64,000 bases of DNA, from NCBI GenBank assembly GCA_964479535.1, contig CAYZMM010000001.1, positions 327,902 through 391,901 on the forward strand. Reading direction: 5' to 3'. Positions within the stretch are counted from its first letter, which is position 1; each line of letters opens with the position of its first letter. The notes beneath the pieces are model-generated. The model saw only the letters and a list, made by a program, of their open reading frames with translations, was not told the DNA's origin and did not search any database. Shown one piece after another: positions 17,238-26,479 of the stretch. This DNA is from an uncultured Thermodesulfobacteriota bacterium (GTDB taxonomy: Bacteria > Desulfobacterota > DSWW01). The translations under genes and the position numbers were made by a program.

Positions 17238-17638
17238 CTTCGGTTGAGGTTCCCTTTGCTGTCATAGGTGGACGGCCGGCAGCGAAGACGCTGCACAAGA
17301 CCGAGGGCCTGACGCACGCGGTTTCTCTGGGACTCGATGATCTCCTTGTGGGTGCCGCTGAGATGCCGTATTTCGTGGAGCAGGGTGTCGCGGGCGCGAA
17401 AGAGGCCGGGAATCCCCGGCGTATTCGAAAGGGAGCTCCTGTCCTGATCGGTCAGGCCTTCTCGCCTGGCGTTCAGCTTTCTCATGCGCGACGCCAGGGC
17501 CTCCTTCTCGCGGGTCAGCCGGATCAGGGCCTCCCGGTCCATCCGCGCCAGACAGTCCCTCTCCTCGTGCAGCAGGCTGTGGAGCTGCCCGAGCTGCTCC
17601 ACCTCCTCTTCCAGGATCCGTTTCCAGACACTCGCCAT
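17234..17638 (-). CDS. flgN: flagellar export chaperone FlgN-like
   Basis: Between flgM and flgK. EEEVEQLGQLHSLLHEERDCLARMDREALIRLTREKEAL heptad pattern. Confidence 0.55.
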   Translation of the reverse strand: MASVWKRILEEEVEQLGQLHSLLHEERDCLARMDREALIRLTREKEALASRMRKLNARREGLTDQDRSSLSNTPGIPGLFRARDTLLHEIRHLSGTHKEIIESQRNRVRQALGLVQRLRCRPSTYDSKGNLNRR

Positions 17639-17641
17639 GAA

Positions 17642-17950
17642 TCAGTCCTCTCCCCGGCTCTTGGACGCCTCCGCGATCATGCTCTCCGCGACCTTTCGGC
17701 TGTCCGGCCGGTAGACGCCCGCATCGATCTCCCGCCTGAGCCGGTCCACGAGCTCGGCCCTCGCCTCGGGACCTTCCGAGGCTCGGAACCGCTTCTCCAT
17801 CTCGAGCAGCTTCTGAACGTCCTTGGAGAGCTGGATCCGGTCCGCGCGGGCTTCGCCCCCCTTCAGAGGCTCACGGCCCTCCTTGCGCGAAGGCTTCTCC
17901 AGGTTCTCGGGGAGCTTCACGTCGCTCTTGCCGATGTAGGGTATCTTCAT
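17642..17950 (-). CDS. flgM: anti-sigma-28 factor FlgM
   Basis: 102 aa. C-terminal LVDRLRREIDAGVYRPDSRKVAESMI matches the FlgM C-terminal region. Confidence 0.7.
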   Translation of the reverse strand: MKIPYIGKSDVKLPENLEKPSRKEGREPLKGGEARADRIQLSKDVQKLLEMEKRFRASEGPEARAELVDRLRREIDAGVYRPDSRKVAESMIAEASKSRGED

Positions 17951-18049
17951 CTCTCTTCCTCCTCGCCTTGGCCGGCGCGACGGCTTTGGCCCTCTCGGTG
18001 GACAGGCGATGCAACGTCCCCCGAGAGGGACGAAGGAACCTCGTTATTT

Positions 18050-18077
18050 CTATCGGTTCCCGCCCTCGTAAACTTTA
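18050..18077 (-). promoter_or_regulatory. sigma-28 promoter for flgM-flgN-flgK-flgL-csrA-fliW: TAAAGTTT-N12-ACCGATAG
   Basis: Revcomp = TAAAGTTTACGAGGGCGGGAACCGATAG. Near-identical -35/-10 to the fliC promoter. Overlaps the last codons of the upstream gene. Confidence 0.6.
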
Positions 18078-18430
18078 AGGGCGCACCGTAGGCCGAAGGG
18101 CGAATCCCCCCTGTCCGCCGGCCCTGCCGAAGACACCTTTTCTGCTGGAAAAACCCAACCTTGCAGCTGTTCCTTCAAGCCGATTCCACCGGCCTGGACG
18201 ACCGCTTCGGACAGGGCCTGATCGAACCATCCGGCGTAGATGTTCTTGCCGAAACCGGCGCCGGACCAGAAGTCTTTGCAGAAGCTCTCGCGCATGCCCC
18301 GAATGAGCTGCGCCACGAAGACCGACTCGAAGGATTCCGCCGCCTTGTGAAAAGCCGCCTTTCTCACCTCCGGCGCTGCATCCGGCCCGACGGCATGAAC
18401 CCATGAAAGAGAATCCCCCATCTCCCTCAT
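18050..18430 (-). CDS. flgJ: flagellar rod-binding protein (FlgJ N-terminal Rod_binding domain only; no muramidase domain)
   Basis: ESFESVFVAQLIRGMRES...FDQALSEAVVQAGGIGL pattern. 126 aa, downstream of flgI. Confidence 0.65.
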   Translation of the reverse strand: MREMGDSLSWVHAVGPDAAPEVRKAAFHKAAESFESVFVAQLIRGMRESFCKDFWSGAGFGKNIYAGWFDQALSEAVVQAGGIGLKEQLQGWVFPAEKVSSAGPADRGDSPFGLRCALKVYEGGNR

Positions 18431-18445
18431 CCCCTTTCCGGACAG

Positions 18446-19591
18446 CTACATGATGACCAGTTCGGCGCTCAGTGCGCCCGCCCCTTTCATGGCCTGCAGG
18501 ATGGCGATCAGGTCCCTCGGGGTCACGCCGACCGCGTTCAGCGCCTGGACCACGTCTCCCAGCGAAACGCCTGCAGGAAGCACCATGAGATGGGAAGGCT
18601 CCTCCTCCACCGACACCTCCGTGTCCGACGTCACAACGGTCCTGCCCTCTCCGAAGGGCGCAGGCTGGGAGATCACGGGCTCCTCCTGGATGACCACGCT
18701 CAAACCGCCGTGAGAGACGGCGACCGTGGAGATCCGGACGTTCTCTCCCATGACCACCGTGCCGGTCCTCTCGTTGACCACCACCCGGGCCGGCGTATCC
18801 ACGGAAACCTCCACCCTTTCCAGCCGGGCGATGAAGTCCACCACGTGCTCCTGAAAATCGGCGGGCACGTCCACGAAGACGGTCCGGGAGTCCTGTGAAA
18901 AGGCGACCGTCTCCCCGATTTGACGGTTCATCGCCCTGGAGACCTCTTCGGCGGTGGTGAAATCGGGCTGGTTCAGTACGAAGTGAATCCGTTCGCGAAG
19001 CTGGATCGGCACCACCACGGATCGCTCGACCACAGCGCCGCTCGGGATCATGCCCACGGTGGGGTGGTTCTTCCCGGCCGAGTCCCCGCCCTGGCCCGCG
19101 GAAAAGCCGCCAAGGGAAAGGGCTCCCTGGGCGAGGGCGTACGTCTCCCCGTCGATTCCCTGCAGGGGCGTCATCAACAGGGTGCCCCCCTGAAGGCTCT
19201 TCGCATCCCCGATGGAGGAGACCGTCACATCCAGCCGCATGCCGGGCCTGGCAAAGGCGGGCAGCTCGGCGGTGACCATGACCGCCGCGACATTCTTCAC
19301 CTTCACCGCCATCGGATCCACGTTGAGCCCCATCTTGGTGAGCATGTTCGTCAGGGACTGGATCGTGAACTCGGTGCCCTGCTTGTCTCCGGTTCCGTTC
19401 AGCCCGCCCACGAGACCGTATCCCACCAGCTGGTTGTTCCGCACGCCGACGATCTTGGCGATGTCCTTGATGCGCGCCCCGTAACCGGGTTCCGGGACAC
19501 ACAGCAGGGCGCCCACGAGCGCCAGCACGAGTACGATCCATCTCGGTCGTGTCAGGAGGTTTCCCGCGATTCCCATGTCGTTTCCCGTCAT
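18446..19591 (-). CDS. flgI: flagellar P-ring protein FlgI
   Basis: ARIKDIAKIVGVRNNQLVGYGLVGGLNGTGD after signal peptide. Confidence 0.9.
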   Translation of the reverse strand: MTGNDMGIAGNLLTRPRWIVLVLALVGALLCVPEPGYGARIKDIAKIVGVRNNQLVGYGLVGGLNGTGDKQGTEFTIQSLTNMLTKMGLNVDPMAVKVKNVAAVMVTAELPAFARPGMRLDVTVSSIGDAKSLQGGTLLMTPLQGIDGETYALAQGALSLGGFSAGQGGDSAGKNHPTVGMIPSGAVVERSVVVPIQLRERIHFVLNQPDFTTAEEVSRAMNRQIGETVAFSQDSRTVFVDVPADFQEHVVDFIARLERVEVSVDTPARVVVNERTGTVVMGENVRISTVAVSHGGLSVVIQEEPVISQPAPFGEGRTVVTSDTEVSVEEEPSHLMVLPAGVSLGDVVQALNAVGVTPRDLIAILQAMKGAGALSAELVIM

Positions 19592-19646
19592 CCTTTCTCA
19601 TTCGCGTCGCGCGCGCTTCCCGGAGGCCCGACAGCCTCGTGCACCC

Positions 19647-20327
19647 TCAGAGGGGCCAGATCCAGTCCATGATGCGCGCAAACCAGCCCGGGCCCTGCGT
19701 GTCTCCCAGAACGCCCTTGCCCGTGTAACGGATCCGTGCATCCGCGATCTGGGTGGAAAGAACGGTGTTGAATGCCGTGATGTCCACCGGCCGGATGATG
19801 CCGGTCATCGTGACTTGCTGTTTCTCCCGATTCACCTTGATTTCCCGGTTCGCCTCGATCCGCAGATTGCCCCCGGGAAGCTTTTCCACGATGGTCGCTG
19901 TGACCGTCAAGGCGAGCTTGTCCTTCCGAACCGTGGTTCCACCCCCTTCGAAGTCTCTCTTGTAGTTCCCCTTGAAGGTCGGAGAGAAGGACTGGCCCGA
20001 GGCGAGGAAGTTCGTCATGCCGTAATCGTCCGGAAGTCCGAAGGTGTCCTCCAGGGCTGCGTCGAGGTCGGAGGTTCTGCCGGTCTCCGTGCTTGCCTCC
20101 TGGCTCGCCGACGACTCCTCGATGATCCTCACCGTAACGATGTCGCCCACGTTCCTGGCCCGGCGGTCCAGGTAGTGGTCCGCCATTCCCTGCTGCCAGA
20201 TCGAACCGTTGAACCCGTCCCTTTCTCCTTCGCCCGGGCCCGCAACCTCGGACACGGTCTGGGTCGTGTGGGCGCACCCGACCAGCGAAAGGACCAGACA
20301 AAAAACGGTGCAGGTCATCCGTTTCAC
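19647..20327 (-). CDS. flgH: flagellar L-ring lipoprotein FlgH
   Basis: Lipoprotein signal LSLVGC; GSIWQQ...DIVTVRIIE...ITAFNTVLSTQIADARIRYTGKG. Confidence 0.9.
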   Translation of the reverse strand: MKRMTCTVFCLVLSLVGCAHTTQTVSEVAGPGEGERDGFNGSIWQQGMADHYLDRRARNVGDIVTVRIIEESSASQEASTETGRTSDLDAALEDTFGLPDDYGMTNFLASGQSFSPTFKGNYKRDFEGGGTTVRKDKLALTVTATIVEKLPGGNLRIEANREIKVNREKQQVTMTGIIRPVDITAFNTVLSTQIADARIRYTGKGVLGDTQGPGWFARIMDWIWPL

Positions 20328-20337
20328 GGCACACCTC

Positions 20338-21036
20338 CTAGAAACTGACGAGCACGGTGTGGGCGTCCACCACCGTGGCGTAGAGTTCTTTTCCCGACGC
20401 GCGGTTCAACACCCGGACCCTTTCGCCCGGATTCCCCGATTCGAGGAGCCGGCCCGGAGCCTCCACCCGAACGGCACCGCTCTCGGCCACGATGACCACC
20501 GACTGCCCTTTCTGCATGTCCCGTCGGTCACGGACGTGCCAGCGTTTCACGCACGCTCCCTTGGAAACGGGCCGCCAGACCTTCTTCCCGACGATCTCGC
20601 CGGTGCTCACGTAAAGATCTTCGTGATTCCTCCATCCCTCGCGGACCTCGGTCGAGACATCCTCCGGTCCGATACGGTGCCCCATGGGCAGGGTCCGCCG
20701 CGCCACCACGACCGGCCTCGCCCGTCGAAGCTCCGCGGCGATCCAGAGGGTCCTCTGCCGTCCGGATGCGGTGTTCACCTCCACCTGAATCGGCGTCCTG
20801 GCCCGCCAGCCCGCACCGCGGGCGAGCCGCACATCCACGATCTCCCCCTGAAGGGGCAGCACGTCCCCCCGGCGAAGGTCCCACTGCTCCATTTCGACCC
20901 CTGCCGGTGCACGGTCTTCGATGTACGCCTCCAGGGCCGCTCGCAGGCGGCCTTCATCCACCTCCCCCGCCAGACAAACACCGGCCGATGGCCCGCCCAC
21001 CGCAAACAGGAGGAAGAGAAGAAGATCCACCAGCAC
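20338..21036 (-). CDS. flgA: flagellar P-ring assembly chaperone FlgA
   Basis: Signal peptide VLVDLLLFLLFAVGGPSAG then the FlgA/SAF domain. ORF track start at 21180 is upstream junk encoded by a repeat; probable GTG start ~21036. Confidence 0.7.
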   Translation of the reverse strand: MLVDLLLFLLFAVGGPSAGVCLAGEVDEGRLRAALEAYIEDRAPAGVEMEQWDLRRGDVLPLQGEIVDVRLARGAGWRARTPIQVEVNTASGRQRTLWIAAELRRARPVVVARRTLPMGHRIGPEDVSTEVREGWRNHEDLYVSTGEIVGKKVWRPVSKGACVKRWHVRDRRDMQKGQSVVIVAESGAVRVEAPGRLLESGNPGERVRVLNRASGKELYATVVDAHTVLVSF

Positions 21037-21084
21037 TCGGCCCCACTGTGGACGGATCGCAGCCCCCCAGGGGGAATGCGAGGA

Positions 21085-21122
21085 GGGGCCTTTGCCCTTT
21101 GCCCTTTGCCCTTTGCCCTCAC
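21085..21122. repeat. heptad tandem repeat (CCCTTTG)x4 on plus; minus-strand (mRNA-sense) GGGCAAAGGGCAAAGGGCAAAGGG G-quadruplex-type motif in flgG-flgA spacer
   Basis: Direct reading; four G3 tracts with 4-nt loops. Confidence 0.6.
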
Positions 21123-21179
21123 GGCGCTCCTGACGATCAACCTGCCTCACCTGCACCATCCGATTGCACGTACGCATCA

Positions 21180-21968
21180 TTACCTTCTCAGCTGGTTCGC
21201 GGTCTGGATCATCTCGTCCGCTGTCTGAATCGCCTTCGAGTTCATCTCATAGGCCCGCTGACTGATGATCATGTTCACCATCTCTTCCACCACGTTCACG
21301 TTCGACATCTCGAGAAAGCCCTGCGACAGCATCCCGAGTCCCTCCTCGCCCGGGACACCGGCGATTTCATCCCCCGAGGCCTCGGTGGCCACGTAGAGGT
21401 TCCGGCCTACCGGACGCAAGCCGCCGGGGTTGATGAACTTGGCCAGCTCGATGTTTCCCACCTCGGTGGGGATGTCCGAATCGCCCTGTGTGACCGAGAC
21501 GATCCCGTCGGAGCTGATCGTGATGTTCCGGGTGTCCTCCGGAATCGTGATCTCCGGGTCCATCGGGTGCCCGGTAGGGGTCACCATCCTGCCGTCTCGA
21601 TCCAGTTTGAAGGAGCCGTTCCGTGTGTAGGCGAACTCTCCGTTCGGCATCAGGATCTTGAAGAACCCGTCCCCCTCGATCGCGAGGTCGAGGGCGTTGG
21701 CGGTCTGCTCCATGTTGCCTTCGGTGAAGATCTTCTGCGTGGCAATCGGGCGCACGCCCAGCCCGACGTGGAGTCCCGTCGGGATCTGGGTCTCCGGAGA
21801 GGAAGCGGCGCCGGGCAACCGTTCTTCCTGATAGAGCAGCTCCTCGAAGTCGGCCCGGCTCTTCTTGAACCCCACCGTGTTCACGTTCGCCAGGTTGTTG
21901 GCGATCACGTCGAGGTTGAGCTGCTGACTGCTCATCCCTGTGGCTGCCACCCAAAACGTTCGAATCAT
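21180..21968 (-). CDS. flgG: flagellar basal-body rod protein FlgG
   Basis: [47 protein letters not shown]. Confidence 0.95.
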   Translation of the reverse strand: MIRTFWVAATGMSSQQLNLDVIANNLANVNTVGFKKSRADFEELLYQEERLPGAASSPETQIPTGLHVGLGVRPIATQKIFTEGNMEQTANALDLAIEGDGFFKILMPNGEFAYTRNGSFKLDRDGRMVTPTGHPMDPEITIPEDTRNITISSDGIVSVTQGDSDIPTEVGNIELAKFINPGGLRPVGRNLYVATEASGDEIAGVPGEEGLGMLSQGFLEMSNVNVVEEMVNMIISQRAYEMNSKAIQTADEMIQTANQLRR

Positions 21969-21999
21969 TCCGGTATGCCTCCCTTCTTGCCTCTCTTTT

Positions 22000-22680
22000 T
22001 TAGATTCTGCCCAGGTCCTGGATGGTCTTCCCCTCCAGGTCGTCGAAGCTCTTCATGACCTTCATGTAGGACCCGTGGTCGCGCACGAGTTCCATCATCT
22101 TGACCATCTCTTCGATGGCGTTCACATTGGACCGTTCGAGATGGCCCTGTACGATCCGATAGTCGGCCGGATCCACCGGGCGGCCCGCCTCGTCCGCGAT
22201 GAGAAGCCGGCCGATCCTCCTCTCACCGGACCGCACCTCTCCGTCTTCCGATATCTCGACCCCCTTCTTCGGGTCGACCCGGATTTCGAGCCCCTTGTCG
22301 CTCTGGACAGGATAGCCCTCCGGGGTGACGAGCCTGCCCTGTCGGTCCAAGGCGAGCCTTCCGTCGCGAACCCCCTGAAGGCCATGGGGCGTCCGGGTCT
22401 GGAGGGTGCCCCTCCCCACAATGGCCATGTCGAGCGGTCGGCCTGTCGGCTCGACGACGCCCTGGGCATGGTCCACCACGGGCGGTCTCACCTGAACGAA
22501 GGCGATGGGATCCGCACCGTTCCCGTCGTTGGCGGGCACGGAAAAGGGAAAGGCTTCCCTGGCAACGAGTCTCTCCTTGAATCCGGGCGTGGAGGCGTTC
22601 GCCAGATTGTGGGTCACCTCCTCGAGAACCCTCTGGTTCGCAATCGCTCCGGATGCAGCGATGAAAGCGCCGATGTCCAT
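22000..22680 (-). CDS. flgF: flagellar basal-body rod protein FlgF
   Basis: [38 protein letters not shown] at 22680 preceded by GGAAGGAGAAAG. Confidence 0.85.
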   Translation of the reverse strand: MDIGAFIAASGAIANQRVLEEVTHNLANASTPGFKERLVAREAFPFSVPANDGNGADPIAFVQVRPPVVDHAQGVVEPTGRPLDMAIVGRGTLQTRTPHGLQGVRDGRLALDRQGRLVTPEGYPVQSDKGLEIRVDPKKGVEISEDGEVRSGERRIGRLLIADEAGRPVDPADYRIVQGHLERSNVNAIEEMVKMMELVRDHGSYMKVMKSFDDLEGKTIQDLGRI

Positions 22681-22728
22681 TCCTGCTTTCTCCTTCCTTT
22701 CACGAGATAGGCTCATCCTGTTGCGTTA

Positions 22729-22743
22729 GCAAGACCCGTACCA
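22729..22743 (-). promoter_or_regulatory. sigma-54 promoter (revcomp TGGTACGGGTCTTGC) for the flgF-flgG-flgA-flgH-flgI-flgJ operon
   Basis: GG/GC spacing matches consensus; ~37 nt upstream of flgF start. Confidence 0.5.
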
Positions 22744-22822
22744 TCCCACCATATGAGAAATACACAACGTGGACAGCCAATTCTACCTCCGGCCGGGGTT
22801 CCGTACCCCCGGCAATTCCTGC

Positions 22823-23164
22823 CTACCCGGAAGTGCTTTCCCCGTGTTCCGGGTTGGTCTCCCCTACCGCAGGGGCCTGACCATCCGGGAATGCCTCGCT
22901 CTTCAACTCGTAGAGAAAGGCGTAGATCTCGGCGATGACGCGGTAGAGTTCCTCCGGGACCTCCTGATACAGGTCCAGGCCCATGAGGGCTTCCACGAGC
23001 AAGGGATCCTCTCGAAAGGGAAGGCCCTTGCCCCTTGCCTCCTCGATGATCCTTTCGGCGAGCCACCCCTTCCCTTTCGCCACGACCCGCGGAGCATCGT
23101 CCCGGTCCCCGTCGTATCGCAGGGCGACGGCCCTTTCACTCTTCTTACCCGTACGACTCGACAA
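22823..23164 (-). CDS. FlhB C-terminal domain homolog (YlqH-like small flagellar biosynthesis protein)
   Basis: AVALRYDGDRDDAPRVVAKGKGWLAERIIEEARGKGLPFREDPLLVEALM...IPEELYRVIAEIYAFLYEL. ORF track N-terminus is junk; probable TTG start at 23164 after GGAAGGGG. Confidence 0.7.
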   Translation of the reverse strand: MSSRTGKKSERAVALRYDGDRDDAPRVVAKGKGWLAERIIEEARGKGLPFREDPLLVEALMGLDLYQEVPEELYRVIAEIYAFLYELKSEAFPDGQAPAVGETNPEHGESTSG

Positions 23165-24113
23165 ACCGGACCCCTTCCAACTCGGCTCGCAGACCCTCGG
23201 GCACGCCTCGCGAAACACGCACCTTCGACCCGGCAACGCCACCCTCGGCGAGCCGTTCCTCCAGTTTATGGGCCCCCTTCCGCAGGACGGAAAAGGCAAC
23301 GGGACCTGCACAGAAGTGTACGTCCACCCTCCTCGGGCTCCAGGTCACGGTTACGAGCAGTTCTTCGACCTCGAGGAAGGGGACTCGAAACACCACCATG
23401 ACTTCACCGTGCCGGGCGCCCCGGAATCTCTTGAGGGCCCCTTCGACGACCGTGTCCTCCCCGAAGGGAAGCCAGAAGGGGATCGGCCCCTCGGGGCCCC
23501 CCTGGAGAGAGAGGAGCTGCTTCACCTCCACCTGCTTCAGGGCGGCACGAATCGTCTCCCGAATGGACGGGACGGGATGATTCTCGGACTCCCGCAGCAG
23601 GAAGCCCTTCAGGTCCTCCGACACCGAAAGGGGGGCTCTCTTTCCCAATACCTCCCGTACCCTCGCCTCGTAAAAAAGGCCGCAGTTCAACAGGGCCCCG
23701 CGCACCGCTTCTGCGGTGCGGCAGTCCGTCACGAACCCGGGAGGCAGGGAGCCGGTCGACAAGAGCGTTCTCAGCAGGGAGAACAGGGGGGTCTTCAGGG
23801 TTTGCCTCTGCGCAAGCAGCGATTCGACCGCATTGGCCGGTATCGGCCTGGACAGGAACTGAATGAGACCCCTTTGGATTCTCACCTCCGCGAGATACCG
23901 TCCTCCCTCCTCCAGGGGAAATCGGCTTTCCACCGAAAAGGACTCCTGCCGGACCTGGATCAGGTACCGATTACCGGGCAGGCTCTCCAGGACCCGGAAG
24001 GCGACCCTGTCTCCGTGCCTGAAGAGACCGCCCCCGGAAAGACCCGTCTTCCGGACGGACGGCACCTGGAGTTCACCGACTGCCGCTGCGCTCTTCTCCC
24101 CTGTGGACATCAT
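23145..24113 (-). CDS. FliK-like protein (putative Flg_hook C-terminal domain)
   Basis: C-terminus GEVMVVFRVPFLEVEELLVTVTWSPRRVDVHFCAGPVAFSVLRKGAHKLEERLAEGG resembles the hook-length control domain. Position upstream of YlqH-like as in Firmicutes. Confidence 0.4.
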   Translation of the reverse strand: MMSTGEKSAAAVGELQVPSVRKTGLSGGGLFRHGDRVAFRVLESLPGNRYLIQVRQESFSVESRFPLEEGGRYLAEVRIQRGLIQFLSRPIPANAVESLLAQRQTLKTPLFSLLRTLLSTGSLPPGFVTDCRTAEAVRGALLNCGLFYEARVREVLGKRAPLSVSEDLKGFLLRESENHPVPSIRETIRAALKQVEVKQLLSLQGGPEGPIPFWLPFGEDTVVEGALKRFRGARHGEVMVVFRVPFLEVEELLVTVTWSPRRVDVHFCAGPVAFSVLRKGAHKLEERLAEGGVAGSKVRVSRGVPEGLRAELEGVRFVESYG

Positions 24114-24186
24114 CTCCCTACCACGGCTCTATGGATCTTGGTCCCCAGCCGGTTTTCTTCGAATCGATCTTTGCACCCGGAACCCC

Positions 24187-24588
24187 TCAATGGGTATGCG
24201 CCATCTCCGGCTCGAGAGAAAAGGAGGCGACCGGCCCACAGGCCGGCCCCTTCCCCCTGGCCATCTCGGAGATGGCCAGCATCGTCTCCACTTCCCGTGT
24301 GGGCAGCTGAAGACGCTGGGCGATTTGCTCCAGGGAGCAGCCTTTCCGCTTGAGCGACACCGCCTGTTCCGTGACGCCACCGAAGGCCCACTCATGGCGC
24401 TCCTCCTCTCCGGGAGAGCGCCCCTTCTCCGCGCTCTCGCGCGGCGGGGATGTCACCGTCGGCTCGGTCTTCCTGTGGGCAAAGGAGTTCAGACGGGTCT
24501 GGACGCGGGTCCAGACCACGTACATGGCCAGCAGGATCAACAGGGCCGACACGACGAGGTCGAATCCGACCAGGATCAGAGGATTCAT
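24187..24588 (-). CDS. DUF2802-like flagellar-associated membrane protein (N-terminal TM helix + C-terminal HTH-like segment)
   Basis: ILVGFDLVVSALLILLAMYVVW TM; AVSLKRKGCSLEQIAQRLQLPTREVETMLAIS HTH-like. Confidence 0.4.
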   Translation of the reverse strand: MNPLILVGFDLVVSALLILLAMYVVWTRVQTRLNSFAHRKTEPTVTSPPRESAEKGRSPGEEERHEWAFGGVTEQAVSLKRKGCSLEQIAQRLQLPTREVETMLAISEMARGKGPACGPVASFSLEPEMAHTH

Positions 24589-24740
24589 GGGAAACTCCCT
24601 TCGAGAGGATCAAACGCGCCTGTCCAGACGATGGTCCTCGGTTGATTTCTTCTTCTTGTTCTTCCCTTTCTTTCCATTGGATCGATCGCGCTGAAGGGTC
24701 TCTCTTCGCTGCCGGGTCTTCTGGATTCGATCCGGGTTCG

Positions 24741-24771
24741 CTATCGGATACGTCACGTTTCCGACTTTCTC
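24741..24771 (-). promoter_or_regulatory. sigma-28-like promoter (revcomp GAAAGTCGG-N11/12-ATCCGATAG) downstream of fliA, upstream of DUF2802-like gene
   Basis: CCGATAG -10 element as in the fliC/flgM promoters; -35 is degenerate. Confidence 0.35.
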
Positions 24772-24864
24772 CGAACCTTCGATCATCTGGCTCACCTCCC
24801 TTCTGCTTTCGGGTCGAGGGGCGTTGTTCACCGATGACCGGCCTGTCCGTCGGGTGCGCGGTCT

Positions 24865-25617
24865 TCATTCCGGCCGCGTCATCTCCTCCCTGCAGACCTT
24901 GCCCTTGAGTCGCATGAGCGCCTGTGCCTGAAGCTGGCAGACGCGGGATTCCCCGATACCCAGAACCTTCCCGATCTCCTTCAGGTTCAGCTCTTCGAAG
25001 TAATAGAGCTGGATGATTCTCGCCTCCCTTTCCGGAAGCGAATCGATGGCTTCTGCGAGCATGTCCCTTACTTCGTTGAATTCCGCAGCCAGGCCGGGGT
25101 CGGTTGACTTGCTGCGGGAGGACTTTCCCGCCATTTCCTCCACGGCCTTCGGCGAAAGGTGCAGGTCTTCCAGACTCAGAAAGGAAAGAGGCCGGGCCCG
25201 TGCGAGGAAGGCTTGGTACTCTTCTTCCGAGAGCCCGAGCTCGCTCCGTATTTCATCGTCATCAGGAGGCCTCCCGAGGCGCCTGCTCAATTGCTGTACG
25301 CTGTGGACGTACTTCTTGTAGCGATCCCGAAAGGAGCGCGGGGTCCAGTCCTGTTCCCGAATCGCATCCAGCATGGCGCCCCGGACCCGGATGGACGCGT
25401 AGGTTTGAAAGCGGTTCTTCCGGGAGGGGTCGAAGTCCCTCATCGCCTGCAGGAGACCGAGCGAACCGGCGCTGATGAGATCCTGAACCTCGAGATTGTA
25501 GGGCAAACGGACCGCGAGCCGGTAGGCGATCCATTTCACGAGGGGAAGGTGCTCCAGGATGGTCTCTTCCTCTTCCCTTTGGAGGTCCCGGAGAGGCTGC
25601 GCCGATGCTTTGCTCAT
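24865..25617 (-). CDS. fliA: RNA polymerase sigma-28 factor FliA
   Basis: LVKWIAYRLAVRLPYNLEVQDLISAGSLGLLQAMRDFDPSRKNRFQTYASIRVRGAML; C-terminal region 4 HTH. Confidence 0.9.
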   Translation of the reverse strand: MSKASAQPLRDLQREEEETILEHLPLVKWIAYRLAVRLPYNLEVQDLISAGSLGLLQAMRDFDPSRKNRFQTYASIRVRGAMLDAIREQDWTPRSFRDRYKKYVHSVQQLSRRLGRPPDDDEIRSELGLSEEEYQAFLARARPLSFLSLEDLHLSPKAVEEMAGKSSRSKSTDPGLAAEFNEVRDMLAEAIDSLPEREARIIQLYYFEELNLKEIGKVLGIGESRVCQLQAQALMRLKGKVCREEMTRPE

Positions 25618-25639
25618 CTGCTCTTCTCCTCCATGATGC

Positions 25640-26476
25640 CTACCCGATTCCGTGCATGTACGGCCCGGGTTCCAGACGCAAAGGCCCGTCCCCCGTCGTC
25701 TCCGCTGGCCGTGCCCGGGCGGCCAGTTTCGACGCCAGCGAGCGGATATCGCGGGATGCCCGGCTGCACGGCTCGAACTCGAGGAGGGGCCTCTGAGCGG
25801 ATACGGCTCTCGGCAGGTTACGGTCCTGTGATATGAACCCCAGCCAGCCGGGACGAATCGCGAGAAAATGCTCCGCCGCCCTGCTCAGTGTCTCATATAC
25901 CTCTTTCCCCTGTTGTTCCGACTTCACCCGGTTGACGAGGATCTGGAAGTCGTGATCACCCGGCACTCTCGAAAGCACCTTCATGGTGGCATAGGCGTCC
26001 GTGATGGATGTGGGCTCCGGCGTGGCAATCAAGAGGACCTGGTCCGCGAAACTGCTGAAGAAGAGCACATTCGAAGAAATGCCGGACGCCGTGTCGATCA
26101 GGATCGTGTCCGCCTCCTCGAGAAGGCTGTGAAAGAGGGAAAACACCTGGATTTTCTCGCCGGTCGTGAGCCGGGTGAGTTCTTCCACCCCCGACTCGGC
26201 GGGCAGGATCTTCACCCCCATCGGCCCTTCGAGGAGGGCCTCCTCGAGCGAGCACCTTCGGCCCAGGATGTCGCCCAGGGTGTAGTCGTGCTGGATGCCG
26301 AGAAGCACGTCCAAATTGCCGAGGCCGAGGTCCGCGTCCAGGATCAGAACCCTCCTGCCGGCCTCGGTCAGTGCCATGGCAAGGTTCAGCACGACGTTCG
26401 TCTTGCCCACACCTCCCTTTCCGCTCGTGACCGTGTAAACACGCACAGACTTCTTTCCGTGTCCTTCCCGAACCAT
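25640..26476 (-). CDS. flhG: flagellar number regulator FlhG/FleN (MinD-like ATPase)
   Basis: VTSGKGGVGKTNVVLNLAMALTEAGRRVLILDADLGLGN deviant Walker A. Confidence 0.9.
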   Translation of the reverse strand: MVREGHGKKSVRVYTVTSGKGGVGKTNVVLNLAMALTEAGRRVLILDADLGLGNLDVLLGIQHDYTLGDILGRRCSLEEALLEGPMGVKILPAESGVEELTRLTTGEKIQVFSLFHSLLEEADTILIDTASGISSNVLFFSSFADQVLLIATPEPTSITDAYATMKVLSRVPGDHDFQILVNRVKSEQQGKEVYETLSRAAEHFLAIRPGWLGFISQDRNLPRAVSAQRPLLEFEPCSRASRDIRSLASKLAARARPAETTGDGPLRLEPGPYMHGIG

Positions 26477-26479
26477 CGA

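Noticed and set aside
24610-24831. 73-aa Lys-rich ORF between fliA and the DUF2802-like gene
   Set aside because: No SD or conservation signal; region better explained as intergenic, carrying a sigma-28-like promoter (24741-24771).
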